A DNA stretch of 64,000 nt from an uncultured Synergistales bacterium. Lineage in GTDB: Bacteria; Synergistota; Synergistia; Synergistales; Aminobacteriaceae. The notes beneath the pieces are model-generated. The model worked only from the letters and a program-made list of their open reading frames with translations. It had not been told where the DNA came from and did no database searches. This document shows positions 1-8,748 of the stretch, in pieces (position 1 is the stretch's first letter; each line of letters begins with the position of its first letter). The position numbers and the translations under genes are program-made. The stretch covers positions 19,550 to 83,549 of the forward strand of contig CAJOGI010000007.1 in NCBI GenBank assembly GCA_905234075.1, written 5' to 3'.

Positions 1-343
1 CACCGCGCAAAATTTCAATTCCTTTGCCGTTGACTTTCTCATTAGGATCTCGCATGGCAATAACAACTTCAGAAATTTTTTCTTTAACAAGTCTCTCGGC
101 ACACGGCGGAGTCTTTCCATAATGAGAACAAGGCTCAAGCGTTACATAAAAAATCGAGCCTTCAATATTTTTATTGCGTGCCTGCGCGTCGTTAATCGCT
201 TCGATTTCCGCGTGAGGGTGTCCGTACCGATGGTGCCAGCCCTCGCCGATGACTTCATCATTTTTTACGATCACACAGCCGACTAACGGGTTGGGCGATG
301 TTCTTCCGCGACCATTCAGAGCTAACGACAAAGCCTTTTTCAT
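1..343 (-). CDS. ribD: riboflavin biosynthesis protein RibD, N-terminal deaminase domain (partial; rest lies beyond window start)
   Basis: Minus-strand translation from the ATG at 343 gives MKKALSLALNGRGRTSPNPLVGCVIVKNDEVIGEGWHHRYGHPHAEIEAI...LEPCSHYGKTPPC. The HAE and PCxxC zinc-deaminase motifs are present. The ORF stays open to the window edge. Confidence 0.8.
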   Translation of the reverse strand, partial: MKKALSLALNGRGRTSPNPLVGCVIVKNDEVIGEGWHHRYGHPHAEIEAINDAQARNKNIEGSIFYVTLEPCSHYGKTPPCAERLVKEKISEVVIAMRDPNEKVNGKGIEILRG

Positions 344-434
344 ATATAATTCGTGTGAAATTTTATTGCCTCCGAAAAAATTTTTTTCGAGAATATTTTA
401 GCCGTCGGGTGTATCATTTACAAGGCGGAAAAGA

Positions 435-467
435 GTTAGGAGTTAAGAATTAGGAGTTAGGAGTTAA
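435..467. repeat. TAGGAGT-family heptamer tandem repeat (5'UTR of the 506 gene)
   Basis: The sequence is gttaggagttaagaattaggagttaggagtta, read directly. Confidence 0.7.
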
Positions 468-505
468 AAAAACTGCTAAGTCCTCAAAATTAATTAAGGA
501 GTGTT

Positions 506-2713
506 TTGAGTTTGAGAGCAAGAAAAAATCTGCGCGTAATTTTTTTATTATTAATTATTATTATGTTTTCAACTTCAACGGCGTTTTCAGCAGCACGGAG
601 AAAATCGAAAAATTCTTATGACATTATAATCGCCGGAGCAGGCACTGGAGGAATGGCCGCCGCTATACAGGCAGCGCGAATGGGCGTTGAAGTTTTAATC
701 GTCGAGCCGAGCACATGGATCGGAGGCCAAGCTACAGCCGCAGGAGTCTCGACTATGGACGACATGAGCAGACAGTCGAGCGGCATATATAAAGAATTTA
801 TTAACCGAATGAGAGATTTTTATGAGTATCACGGAAAATCTATGGGGACATGCTACTGGACTTCCAACAGCGTTGCATTCGAGCCGCATATCGGACAAGA
901 GTTTCTCGTCGCGCTTGTCAATGAGGCACGCAGAAAAAGCACGATAGATTTTTTGATGACTTCGGAAATTATCAGCGTCAACAAAAATAAAAATAAAATC
1001 ACCGGCGTTACTGTCAGAACTCCTGAAGGCGATAAGCGTTACGCCTGCAAAATTTTAATCGACGCGACGGAATACGGCGATTTAATCCCCCTCTGCGGAA
1101 TACCCTACAGGGCCGGAAATTCAATGTCGCCCTTCTTAAATCCCGACGCTATGGTCCAAGAAATTACCTGGCCCGCCGTAATTCATAGATACATGCCCAC
1201 CGTGCCGGACTACTTAAAACCGCGTGAGCCTCTGCCCGGTTACGAACTTGCGAAAAGAAATTACGAAAGCTATGTCTCTGCTGACGGATTTAATTTCAAA
1301 AATACTTATCCAGTTCAAACGCCCGTTAATTTTATTACGCATAACGCTTACAGGGGACTTCCCGACAGCTCGAACCCCTACAGCTATGACGCGGACAAAG
1401 AGAACAGAGAATATATTACTAAGACCGTTTTGAACTGGGGCAACGATTATCCCGGCACTTACGCTTGGAACGGAAAGCGCGGACTCCCCGTCGCCTATCT
1501 CGAGGACAGAGAAGTAAGAAAAGAATTTGAGCGCGAAGCTCTCTTAAAAACCCTTCACTTTATTTATTACATTCAGAACGAACTCGGCGAAGAATGGAGC
1601 GTCGCTGATGATGAATATAAAAATAGAATTTTGCCTGAAGCCGCCAGAGGACTTCCGCCGGAATGGCAGGAGATTGTTAAGCGTATGCCCGTTATTCCGT
1701 ATGTCAGAGAGTCGCGCAGAATTATCGGACATCATACTTTAACTTCACATGAGCTTCTTCAAAATTCATTGAGCTACAGGGACGGGCAGACGAGCCACGA
1801 ATTTTCAGACGCTATTGCGATAGGGGGCTATATCTTAGACCTTCACGGCGCGAACACCGACGCTGATATGGAATGGGATTTAGACGAACGCTCTAACACT
1901 TCCATAGTCAACAGACCGCGAGGGCCTTTCCAAGTTCCTATGAACATTTTAATTCCTAAAGAGACTGACGGATTTATAGCCGCCGAAAAAAATTTATCGA
2001 TGTCGAGACTCGCTCAGGGTGCTTTGAGATTACAGCCGATTACAATGATGACGGGGCAGGCCGCCGGAGCGTTGGCAGCAGTCGCGGTCATGGAGAAAAA
2101 AACTCCGCGTGAAGTTCACCCGTTGAGCGTCCAGTGGGAGCTGCTTAATGCCGGAGTTAATTTGTCGCTTTGCAAATATTCTGACGTTCCCGAAACTCAT
2201 TCGCTTAATAAGAGCGTTCAGCTTTCAAATTTATACGGCTTTGCTGCTCCTATCGATTACCCTCATTCAGTGCCGTTTAATCTCGGAGTTTATGACGACC
2301 CAGTGTGGGAAATGGCAATAATTAAAGGCGAGGACATGGGCGTGTTCGGCCTCAATGAATTAATTACGACTGGGGACGCGGCGAGAATTATAACGAATGC
2401 TCAAAATGTTTTAGGAATGAAAAGGCGTGCTCCTTCCGGGCTTGAGAAAGATAAATTAATTACACGCGGGGAATTAGCGAAGGCGGTGTATGAAGCTTTC
2501 CCGGCTCTGAAAAATATTCCGCGCAAGAGAGGCTCAAAGCTCCCGTTCAAAATCGAGAGCAACAGAAATCAAGATTACGTTACGGCTCTCGCGCACTTAG
2601 GAATTTTGAACGTCTACATGATTGACGGAACTTTTCATTACGGGCGGCCCGTTACAAAAGGCGAAGCGGTTGACATAATCGTGAGGGCCTGCGTAAATTT
2701 TGTGAAAAATTAA
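506..2713 (+). CDS. secreted FAD-dependent oxidoreductase (PF12831-like) with C-terminal SLH-like repeats
   Basis: N-terminal signal peptide. A GAGTGGMAAA Rossmann dinucleotide motif is present. The C-terminal segments ITRGELAKAVYEAFP and FHYGRPVTKGEAVDIIVRA resemble S-layer homology motifs. Confidence 0.55.
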   Translation: MSLRARKNLRVIFLLLIIIMFSTSTAFSAARRKSKNSYDIIIAGAGTGGMAAAIQAARMGVEVLIVEPSTWIGGQATAAGVSTMDDMSRQSSGIYKEFINRMRDFYEYHGKSMGTCYWTSNSVAFEPHIGQEFLVALVNEARRKSTIDFLMTSEIISVNKNKNKITGVTVRTPEGDKRYACKILIDATEYGDLIPLCGIPYRAGNSMSPFLNPDAMVQEITWPAVIHRYMPTVPDYLKPREPLPGYELAKRNYESYVSADGFNFKNTYPVQTPVNFITHNAYRGLPDSSNPYSYDADKENREYITKTVLNWGNDYPGTYAWNGKRGLPVAYLEDREVRKEFEREALLKTLHFIYYIQNELGEEWSVADDEYKNRILPEAARGLPPEWQEIVKRMPVIPYVRESRRIIGHHTLTSHELLQNSLSYRDGQTSHEFSDAIAIGGYILDLHGANTDADMEWDLDERSNTSIVNRPRGPFQVPMNILIPKETDGFIAAEKNLSMSRLAQGALRLQPITMMTGQAAGALAAVAVMEKKTPREVHPLSVQWELLNAGVNLSLCKYSDVPETHSLNKSVQLSNLYGFAAPIDYPHSVPFNLGVYDDPVWEMAIIKGEDMGVFGLNELITTGDAARIITNAQNVLGMKRRAPSGLEKDKLITRGELAKAVYEAFPALKNIPRKRGSKLPFKIESNRNQDYVTALAHLGILNVYMIDGTFHYGRPVTKGEAVDIIVRACVNFVKN

Positions 2714-2740
2714 AAAAACACTTGTGATATAATAATCAAA

Positions 2741-2774
2741 GCAGTTCCCCTAAATCGAGGGGAACTATTTTTTT
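2741..2774 (+). terminator. rho-independent terminator (agttcccc-loop-ggggaact followed by a T-run)
   Basis: Hairpin spans 2743-2766 and the T-run spans 2767-2774, directly downstream of the 506..2713 gene. Confidence 0.55.
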
Positions 2775-2797
2775 GGGGACTACTCTGGGGACTACAG
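2775..2797 (+). repeat. GGGGACTAC-N3-GGGGACTAC direct repeat, copy 1 of 3
   Basis: The sequence is ggggactactctggggactacag. Nearly identical copies lie at 51369 and 62343 in the opposite orientation. Confidence 0.7.
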
Positions 2798-2909
2798 AAA
2801 TTTTTATTTTTTTAGAGACGATAAATTTTTACGAAGCTGATAAAAAAAATAATGATAAAAAATTTTTCGGAGGCACTCAAAAAATTTCGAGCCGTATTTT
2901 TGAGTGCTT

Positions 2910-3392
2910 TTATAATTTTTGAATGACATCTTCCGGCGGAAGAGCCTCTATCATTTCTTGAAGGGTCTTCTTATTTTCCGGGTGCCGCCACGCGGACGGA
3001 AGTATATCCTTCAACGGCACAAGCACGAATAATCTTTCAGGCAGGCTTATATGAGGAACATTAAGCACCGATGATTTATAAACAATGTCGTCAATCAACA
3101 GAATATCAATGTCAATTTTTCTTGGCCCCCAGCGCACGGACTTTTCACGGCCAAGCTCATTTTCAAAATTTTTTACAGCTCTCAAAATTTCGAGAGGCTC
3201 AATAAAATTTTCTCTCTCGACTTTCGCGCAGGCGTTAAGGAAATCAGGCTGAACTACACCGCCCCATGCCTTAGTTTCATAAATGCCGCTGACGCTCGTT
3301 ATTTTTCCGAGCGATTTTATTTTTTCGAGAGCGTCACGGAGATTTTTTAACCTGTCGCCCAAATTTGAGCCGAGCCCGAAATATATCTGCAT
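2910..3392 (-). CDS. folK: 2-amino-4-hydroxy-6-hydroxymethyldihydropteridine pyrophosphokinase
   Basis: MQIYFGLGSNLGDRLKNL...WGPRKIDIDILL is the HPPK family signature. Confidence 0.85.
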   Translation of the reverse strand: MQIYFGLGSNLGDRLKNLRDALEKIKSLGKITSVSGIYETKAWGGVVQPDFLNACAKVERENFIEPLEILRAVKNFENELGREKSVRWGPRKIDIDILLIDDIVYKSSVLNVPHISLPERLFVLVPLKDILPSAWRHPENKKTLQEMIEALPPEDVIQKL

Positions 3393-3393
3393 T

Positions 3394-4290
3394 TTATTTT
3401 TGAGTGTAGCCTAACCGTCTTAAAGCGTTTACATTTTTCCGCCAGCCCGGAACTACTTTGACCCATAAATCTAAAAAAACGCCCAGCCCCGTAACGTACT
3501 CAATGCTCTTGCGGGACATCGCGCCTATTTTCTTTATCATCTCTCCGCCCCTGCCGATTAAAATTTTTTTCTGCCCCTCCGTCTCCGTTATTAACGAAGC
3601 ACGTATATATAATTTTTTTCTGTCGGGGTACTCTTCAGGGCTTTTATATTCGACAACTTCAACGGCTATGGAATGCGGCACTTCATCATGAAGCAGCATT
3701 AAAATTTTTTCACGGATTATTTCCGCCGCCATAAATTTTTCCGTCGTGTCCATCAAAATTTCCGGGTCATATAACGGCTCGCCTTCGGGTATGAACTGCA
3801 TAAGAGCCGACATTAAATTTTCAATCCCTTTATTTAATTTTGCGGAGACAGCAATTTTTGCACTGAAGCCGTAAAGATTTTCATATAAGCTAAAAACTCG
3901 TGAAGGGTCTGACTTGTCGGACTTATTTGCAATTAAAATCACGGGGATTTTTTTCGGCAGAACTTCAGCGACGGCGTAATCATCGCTTTCTAATTTTTTT
4001 GTGCCCGCATCGACAAGCCACAAAACAGCGTCAGAATTTTCTACAGCGTCAATGATTTCATCGTTCAAAAAAATTCCTAGCTTGTCTCTTGAGTTTTTCA
4101 CTTTATAAAGTCCCGGAGTGTCGGTGAAAATTATCTGTGCGTTATCATCGTTATAAATGCACCTGATTGAATTTCGAGTTGTCTGGGGCTTGGGTGAAAT
4201 TATAACGGCCCGGGTTTTTAAGAGCGCGTTAATTAAAGATGACTTGCCGACGTTCGGACGGCCTATAAGTGATACGGTGCCGCACTTCAT
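3394..4290 (-). CDS. era: GTPase Era
   Basis: G1 motif GRPNVGKSS, DTPG motif and NKSD motif are present. The C-terminal KH domain is present. era lies upstream of folK on the same strand, 2 bp apart. Confidence 0.9.
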   Translation of the reverse strand: MKCGTVSLIGRPNVGKSSLINALLKTRAVIISPKPQTTRNSIRCIYNDDNAQIIFTDTPGLYKVKNSRDKLGIFLNDEIIDAVENSDAVLWLVDAGTKKLESDDYAVAEVLPKKIPVILIANKSDKSDPSRVFSLYENLYGFSAKIAVSAKLNKGIENLMSALMQFIPEGEPLYDPEILMDTTEKFMAAEIIREKILMLLHDEVPHSIAVEVVEYKSPEEYPDRKKLYIRASLITETEGQKKILIGRGGEMIKKIGAMSRKSIEYVTGLGVFLDLWVKVVPGWRKNVNALRRLGYTQK

Positions 4291-4307
4291 TTTTTAATTT
4301 TTATTTC

Positions 4308-4730
4308 TTATTTCGGCAGCAGCGACAAAGACTGCAAAAGCCCCATAATTCCTTGAGCTGCGACATCTTTTATAATTTTTCCTTCAGCATTGAAATAATA
4401 AAAATTCATGCAGATGAACGAAAATTTTTTTCCTGTCGCCGGAAAATTCATAAACATTCCATCGTGAGTGCCTGAACAAATCCAACTAACTGCGGCTTTA
4501 TTTTCGTCAACAACGACATCAGCAATTTCCCAATGAATATCAGAAAAGCTGCGTCTCATAATTTCTACGACTGAAAGATAGCCCGTGCCGCCGTAAAGTT
4601 TTTCATCTGAAATCAAGCTCGCAAATTCGGCTCGTTCGTCAATTAATTCTTCAGCGAGTTTTTTGTCGTTTGTGTTGATACAAATTCTAAAACGATCAAT
4701 ATTTTTTCTGTTGCGTTCGATAATATTCAT
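4308..4730 (-). CDS. SnoaL-like / NTF2-like ester cyclase family protein
   Basis: 140 aa. The motif pattern is weakly similar to SnoaL polyketide cyclase-like proteins. It sits between cdd and era. Confidence 0.35.
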   Translation of the reverse strand: MNIIERNRKNIDRFRICINTNDKKLAEELIDERAEFASLISDEKLYGGTGYLSVVEIMRRSFSDIHWEIADVVVDENKAAVSWICSGTHDGMFMNFPATGKKFSFICMNFYYFNAEGKIIKDVAAQGIMGLLQSLSLLPK

Positions 4731-4768
4731 AATTTATTTTTCATTTATAAATTAAAAAATGTTTTTTA

Positions 4769-4803
4769 CTTCCTCCTACTTCCTAACTCCTAATTCCTAC
4801 TTG
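4769..4803. repeat. TAGGAGT-family heptamer repeat (minus-sense), immediately after the cdd stop
   Basis: The plus strand reads cttcctcctacttcctaactcctaattcctacttg. Confidence 0.7.
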
Positions 4804-4813
4804 CTTTTAGCTT

Positions 4814-5257
4814 TTAATAGTCCGGGTCAAGAGTGAATGAATGAGGCAATAATTTTTTCAGCTCGTAAACTTTTGCTTCGCCCTTTGAAGCCATCACGAC
4901 CAGCATATCTTTATTAAATTCCATTAGAGCCTGACGGCACGCGCCGCACGGAGGACACTCAACTTTGAAATAGTCGTCGCTGTCCTCGTGTGAACCCGCA
5001 ACGGCGACGGCAAGAGGATTTTTTTTGCCCTGCGAAATCATTATGACGACTCCGGCACGCTCGGCGCAGATTGTAATTCCGTATGAAGCATTCTCAACGT
5101 TGCACGACTTTATAACTTCGTCATTTTCAAAAAGCATTGCTGCCCCGACATGAAAGCGCGAATAGGGAACATATGCTCTGTCCGCTGCCTCACGAGCCAT
5201 TTTCAGAAGCTCTTCGGGAGAAATTTTTTCTGAAGGCCAGTTTTCTTTTGCTGACAT
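4814..5257 (-). CDS. cdd: cytidine deaminase
   Basis: CAERAG and PCGACRQ zinc-binding motifs are present. Length is 147 aa. Confidence 0.85.
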   Translation of the reverse strand: MSAKENWPSEKISPEELLKMAREAADRAYVPYSRFHVGAAMLFENDEVIKSCNVENASYGITICAERAGVVIMISQGKKNPLAVAVAGSHEDSDDYFKVECPPCGACRQALMEFNKDMLVVMASKGEAKVYELKKLLPHSFTLDPDY

Positions 5258-5505
5258 GAAATTTAATAACCCACCTTAAAAAATTTTGGATAACGCGAAT
5301 ATTTTATCATTAATAATTGCTAAGTATTCTTTTTGTTGACGAAAAAATAAATTTATATTATTTTGTTTTCATTCCCAAAAAAGTTCACAAAATACTGTTA
5401 TGTTATCGGAGTGCTTCACGCTCTTCCAGAAGTAAAAAAAATCAGGTACATTTCCAACCGTCATGAAACTGAAATAATTTTTGAAAGGAGAAAATAAATT
5501 AAGAA

Positions 5506-6987
5506 ATGTCTTATCATGAACTAACAGCTGAAGAAATTGCAATGCTTGAAGAAATGGTCAAGAAGGCCAAGAAAGCCGCTGAAGTTGTTGCAACGTATGA
5601 CCAGGAAAGAGTCGATAATCTGTGTAGAGCAATCTGTGCGGCTCTCTATCCGCTCAAAGTCTGGGGATCGATTTGCGACGAAGCAGTTGACGAGACAAGG
5701 CTCGGCGACAAAGTTACAAAACGCGACAAGCGCGACAAGCTGAAATTAATTCTCCGCGACTGCCTGAGACAGAAGAGCGTCGGAATTATTGAGACGATCC
5801 CGGAAAAGGGTCTCGTGAAATATGCAAAGCCCGTCGGAGTTATCGCTACACTCGTCCCGGCTACAAACCCCTGCGTTACTCCTGCAGGCCAAGCCATTTA
5901 CGCCGTGAAGGCACGCGACGTTCTCATCTGTTCGCCGCACCCGAGAGCTAAAAAAGTTACAGCGAAGACGGTTAATATTATTCGCGGAGTTCTTGAACGC
6001 GAGGGCGCACCGGCTGATATTATTCAGGTAATCGAAGAGCCAAATATCACATTAACTCAGGAGTTAATGAAAATGGTTGACCTCGTAATCGCTACGGGAG
6101 GCCGTCCGGTGGTCAGGTCTGCTTACTCGTCAGGAGTTCCGGCTTACGGTTCAGGCGCAGGAAATTCTACCGTCATCGTTGACAATACCGCGAACACTAA
6201 AGAACGCGCCTACGAGGCCGCAATGAACACTAGAATTTCAAAATGCTCCGACTTTGGCTCAGGCTGTTCATGCGACGGAAATTTAATCGTTCATGAAAGC
6301 GTTTACGATAATTTTGTCGAGGGACTTATCAAAGAAGGCGCGTATATCCCGACTTGGGAACAGGCCGAAGCAATTAAGAAAGTCATGTGGGACGAGACGG
6401 GGCAAAGACTTCCCGACACCGTTGCAATTTCTCCGCAGGCTCTCGCAAAAGCGGCAGGCTTTGAAATTCCTGCTGACAGAAAATTTATCGCGGTTCCCAA
6501 CAACGGACAGAAAGAGGGCTTCACGATCAACAATGCCGAAGATATTAAGAAGTGCATCGGCAAAGAGCATTTCTTCTCGACAGAAAAATTGACAACGCTT
6601 CTGACTCTGTTCAAGTATGGCGGAGAGTTCCAGACCGCGCTTGACATAATGCAGGAAATTTTTGACAAGGCCGGCGGAAAAGGACACTCCTGCGGTCTTT
6701 ATTCATTCGATGACGATCACATTCACCGTCTTGGAATGTGCGCACCTGTTTCGCGCTGCATGATAAGACAGCCTAACAATCGCGGCAATGCAGGAAGCAC
6801 GACAAACGGAATGCCTCCGACTAACTCAATGGGCTGCGGCACATGGGGAGGCAATATCGTCAGCGAAAATATTACTCTCAAGCACTACATGAATACTACT
6901 TGGGTTGCCCGTCCTATACTTGAGGACATGCCTTCGCTTCAGGCTCTCTTCGGAGAATTTTACAAGGACGGCATGGACGAAGAGTAA
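5506..6987 (+). CDS. CoA-acylating aldehyde dehydrogenase (EutE/PduP/SucD-like ALDH superfamily)
   Basis: ALDH-like fold. A catalytic Cys region is present (GSGCSCDGNLIVHESV). Length is typical of acylating aldehyde dehydrogenases. Confidence 0.55.
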   Translation: MSYHELTAEEIAMLEEMVKKAKKAAEVVATYDQERVDNLCRAICAALYPLKVWGSICDEAVDETRLGDKVTKRDKRDKLKLILRDCLRQKSVGIIETIPEKGLVKYAKPVGVIATLVPATNPCVTPAGQAIYAVKARDVLICSPHPRAKKVTAKTVNIIRGVLEREGAPADIIQVIEEPNITLTQELMKMVDLVIATGGRPVVRSAYSSGVPAYGSGAGNSTVIVDNTANTKERAYEAAMNTRISKCSDFGSGCSCDGNLIVHESVYDNFVEGLIKEGAYIPTWEQAEAIKKVMWDETGQRLPDTVAISPQALAKAAGFEIPADRKFIAVPNNGQKEGFTINNAEDIKKCIGKEHFFSTEKLTTLLTLFKYGGEFQTALDIMQEIFDKAGGKGHSCGLYSFDDDHIHRLGMCAPVSRCMIRQPNNRGNAGSTTNGMPPTNSMGCGTWGGNIVSENITLKHYMNTTWVARPILEDMPSLQALFGEFYKDGMDEE

Positions 6988-6989
6988 TT

Positions 6990-7023
6990 CAGGTAGGAAT
7001 TAGGAATGAGGAGTTAGGAAGTA
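6990..7023. repeat. TAGGAGT-family heptamer repeat after the aldehyde dehydrogenase stop
   Basis: The sequence is caggtaggaattaggaatgaggagttaggaagta. Confidence 0.7.
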
Positions 7024-7142
7024 AAATACAAAACTTTCTAAACTTAAATATAAATTTTTTACAGGCTCCGTGTAAAAAGCGGGGTCTATTTTTTATGATA
7101 AAATAAAATTAATTTCAAAAAAAATTTTAGGAGGTTTTTAAT

Positions 7143-8240
7143 TTGAAAATGAAAAGTTTTACCCTCCCCCCGTTTAAGTTTTTATTTTTATTCGTAATTG
7201 CCGTTTCGTTGTTTACGTCTCTGAAAGCTGAAGCAATGCCCGAAGCGTCTAAATCCTTAGTAAATGATTACTTTAAGTATTGTATTTACTATGACGATTT
7301 AGATTTAGAAGCGTATTACAAAGATGATTTAGATCACGCATACGCTGGCCTTGTTTATGCCGGTGAAGGAATGTATGAAAAAGATTCTAATGCTTATAAA
7401 GACTACACAAACAACATGGCAAAAGAAATTTCAGCAGTCAGAAACAGAAATCCCTACACTCAAGAACAAGCCGTGAATGAGATTGGCCGCATGATTGACA
7501 ACAAAAAATTTGCCGCAAATTATATTTTCGCAAAAGGTCAATATAAATACACCAGCGGCATAAACGCTGTACTTACAAAAACAAATGTAAATCTTCGTTC
7601 GCAGCCTAATACCCAAGCCAATATATTATGTGTTATTTCAGGGCCGATAGAAATAGATGGAGGTCCGACCGGTGATATTTGCAGCTATATGGGCGAATGG
7701 ACAAATCCGCAGGGTGAACGCTGGGTAGCTGTTAAATATCATCATTATGAAAAAGGAGATTTAATAGGCTGGCTTAGCGGAAAGTACACGCAATTCATAA
7801 CAGACGCGCAGGTTTTAGAAGCAGCCAGAATTTATGAAAAAGCGTTAGCCGCTCCGAGAAGAGCCTTAGACGAAGAACCCGAGCCGTCATACGCAAGTTC
7901 ACAGCCGTCGTATTCGTCAAGCGGATATGTGGAAGAAGTATCAGCGAAAAAACTTATAAGCGATTGGGAAGCTAATCAAATTAGAGCTGAAAGAACCTAT
8001 AAAGGCAGGACGCTAAGAATTAGAGGCAAGGTTGACAAAGTAACTTCAGAAAATGGTACACCTGTTGTTCAACTTAATTATTATCCTTGCGTACTTTGTT
8101 TCGTTTCGCGGAATGATCCTTTGCTTGCGGATGTTGATGCAGGAGGATATATAACTGTTCAAGGTTATGTATCTGAAGTTACTAAATGGGAGATTGAGGC
8201 ATACAAAATAACAAACTGCCAAATTATATCTGTGAATTAA
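7143..8240 (+). CDS. secreted hypothetical protein (SH3b-like segment plus C-terminal OB-fold/tRNA_anti-like segment)
   Basis: Signal peptide present. The segment NVNLRSQPNTQANILCVISGP...WVAVKY resembles bacterial SH3. The C-terminal segment KGRTLRIRGKVDKV resembles an OB fold. Confidence 0.35.
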   Translation: MKMKSFTLPPFKFLFLFVIAVSLFTSLKAEAMPEASKSLVNDYFKYCIYYDDLDLEAYYKDDLDHAYAGLVYAGEGMYEKDSNAYKDYTNNMAKEISAVRNRNPYTQEQAVNEIGRMIDNKKFAANYIFAKGQYKYTSGINAVLTKTNVNLRSQPNTQANILCVISGPIEIDGGPTGDICSYMGEWTNPQGERWVAVKYHHYEKGDLIGWLSGKYTQFITDAQVLEAARIYEKALAAPRRALDEEPEPSYASSQPSYSSSGYVEEVSAKKLISDWEANQIRAERTYKGRTLRIRGKVDKVTSENGTPVVQLNYYPCVLCFVSRNDPLLADVDAGGYITVQGYVSEVTKWEIEAYKITNCQIISVN

Positions 8241-8245
8241 AAATA

Positions 8246-8374
8246 ATGAAAGAATTTGAAAATGAAGATATTTCATTATTTGAAGAACTTTATACAGGCT
8301 TGAAGCAGGCGTTAGAATTTGCTCAAGGTACGGGGGAAGCAAAAATAACATTTTGTGATAATGAGAAATCTTAA
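8246..8374 (+). CDS. small hypothetical protein (42 aa) whose stop abuts the zinc-finger gene start
   Basis: Translates as MKEFENEDISLFEELYTGLKQALEFAQGTGEAKITFCDNEKS. The stop TAA is immediately followed by the ATG of the next ORF. No clear SD. Confidence 0.2.
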   Translation: MKEFENEDISLFEELYTGLKQALEFAQGTGEAKITFCDNEKS

Positions 8375-8602
8375 ATGAAATGTATGCGCTGCGGTAATGA
8401 TATTTTTGAAAGTACCACTTCTGAAGCAATCGAAATGGATTTTGGGCTTTTAGTAATCAGGAACATTCCATGCTATAAATGTGAAAAATGTGATGAAATT
8501 TTTTACACAGGCGATGTAGTTTTGAAACTTGAAGAAATTACGGAAAAAGTAAAACAGTTAGAGCAGGAAGTAACCATCATAGATTATCAAAAGGCCGCTT
8601 AA
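8375..8602 (+). CDS. YgiT-type (MqsA N-terminal-like) zinc-finger protein
   Basis: Pattern MKCMRCGN...IPCYKCEKCDE matches CxxC...CxxC of the YgiT/MqsA zinc-ribbon family. No HTH domain is present. Confidence 0.5.
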   Translation: MKCMRCGNDIFESTTSEAIEMDFGLLVIRNIPCYKCEKCDEIFYTGDVVLKLEEITEKVKQLEQEVTIIDYQKAA

Positions 8603-8607
8603 AAATT

Positions 8608-8645
8608 TTGCCCTCTCGGATTTTTCGGGAGGGTTTTAATTTTTT
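8608..8645 (+). terminator. rho-independent terminator
   Basis: The hairpin gccctctcgg/cgggaggg is followed by ttttaatttttt. Confidence 0.4.
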
Positions 8646-8748
8646 CTCTAACACAGCAAACTTTTTCAATGTATAATTATTCATAATAATTTATAAAAAT
8701 GCTTTTCAAATTTCAAAAATTATTTAATAAAAGGAGGAATTTTATTTT

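Noticed and set aside
5258-5505. Sigma70-like promoter (TTGACG…tatttt) in the cdd/aldehyde-dehydrogenase divergent region
   Set aside because: The match is plausible but was identified by eye only, with ambiguous spacer length. It is too weak to report as a feature.
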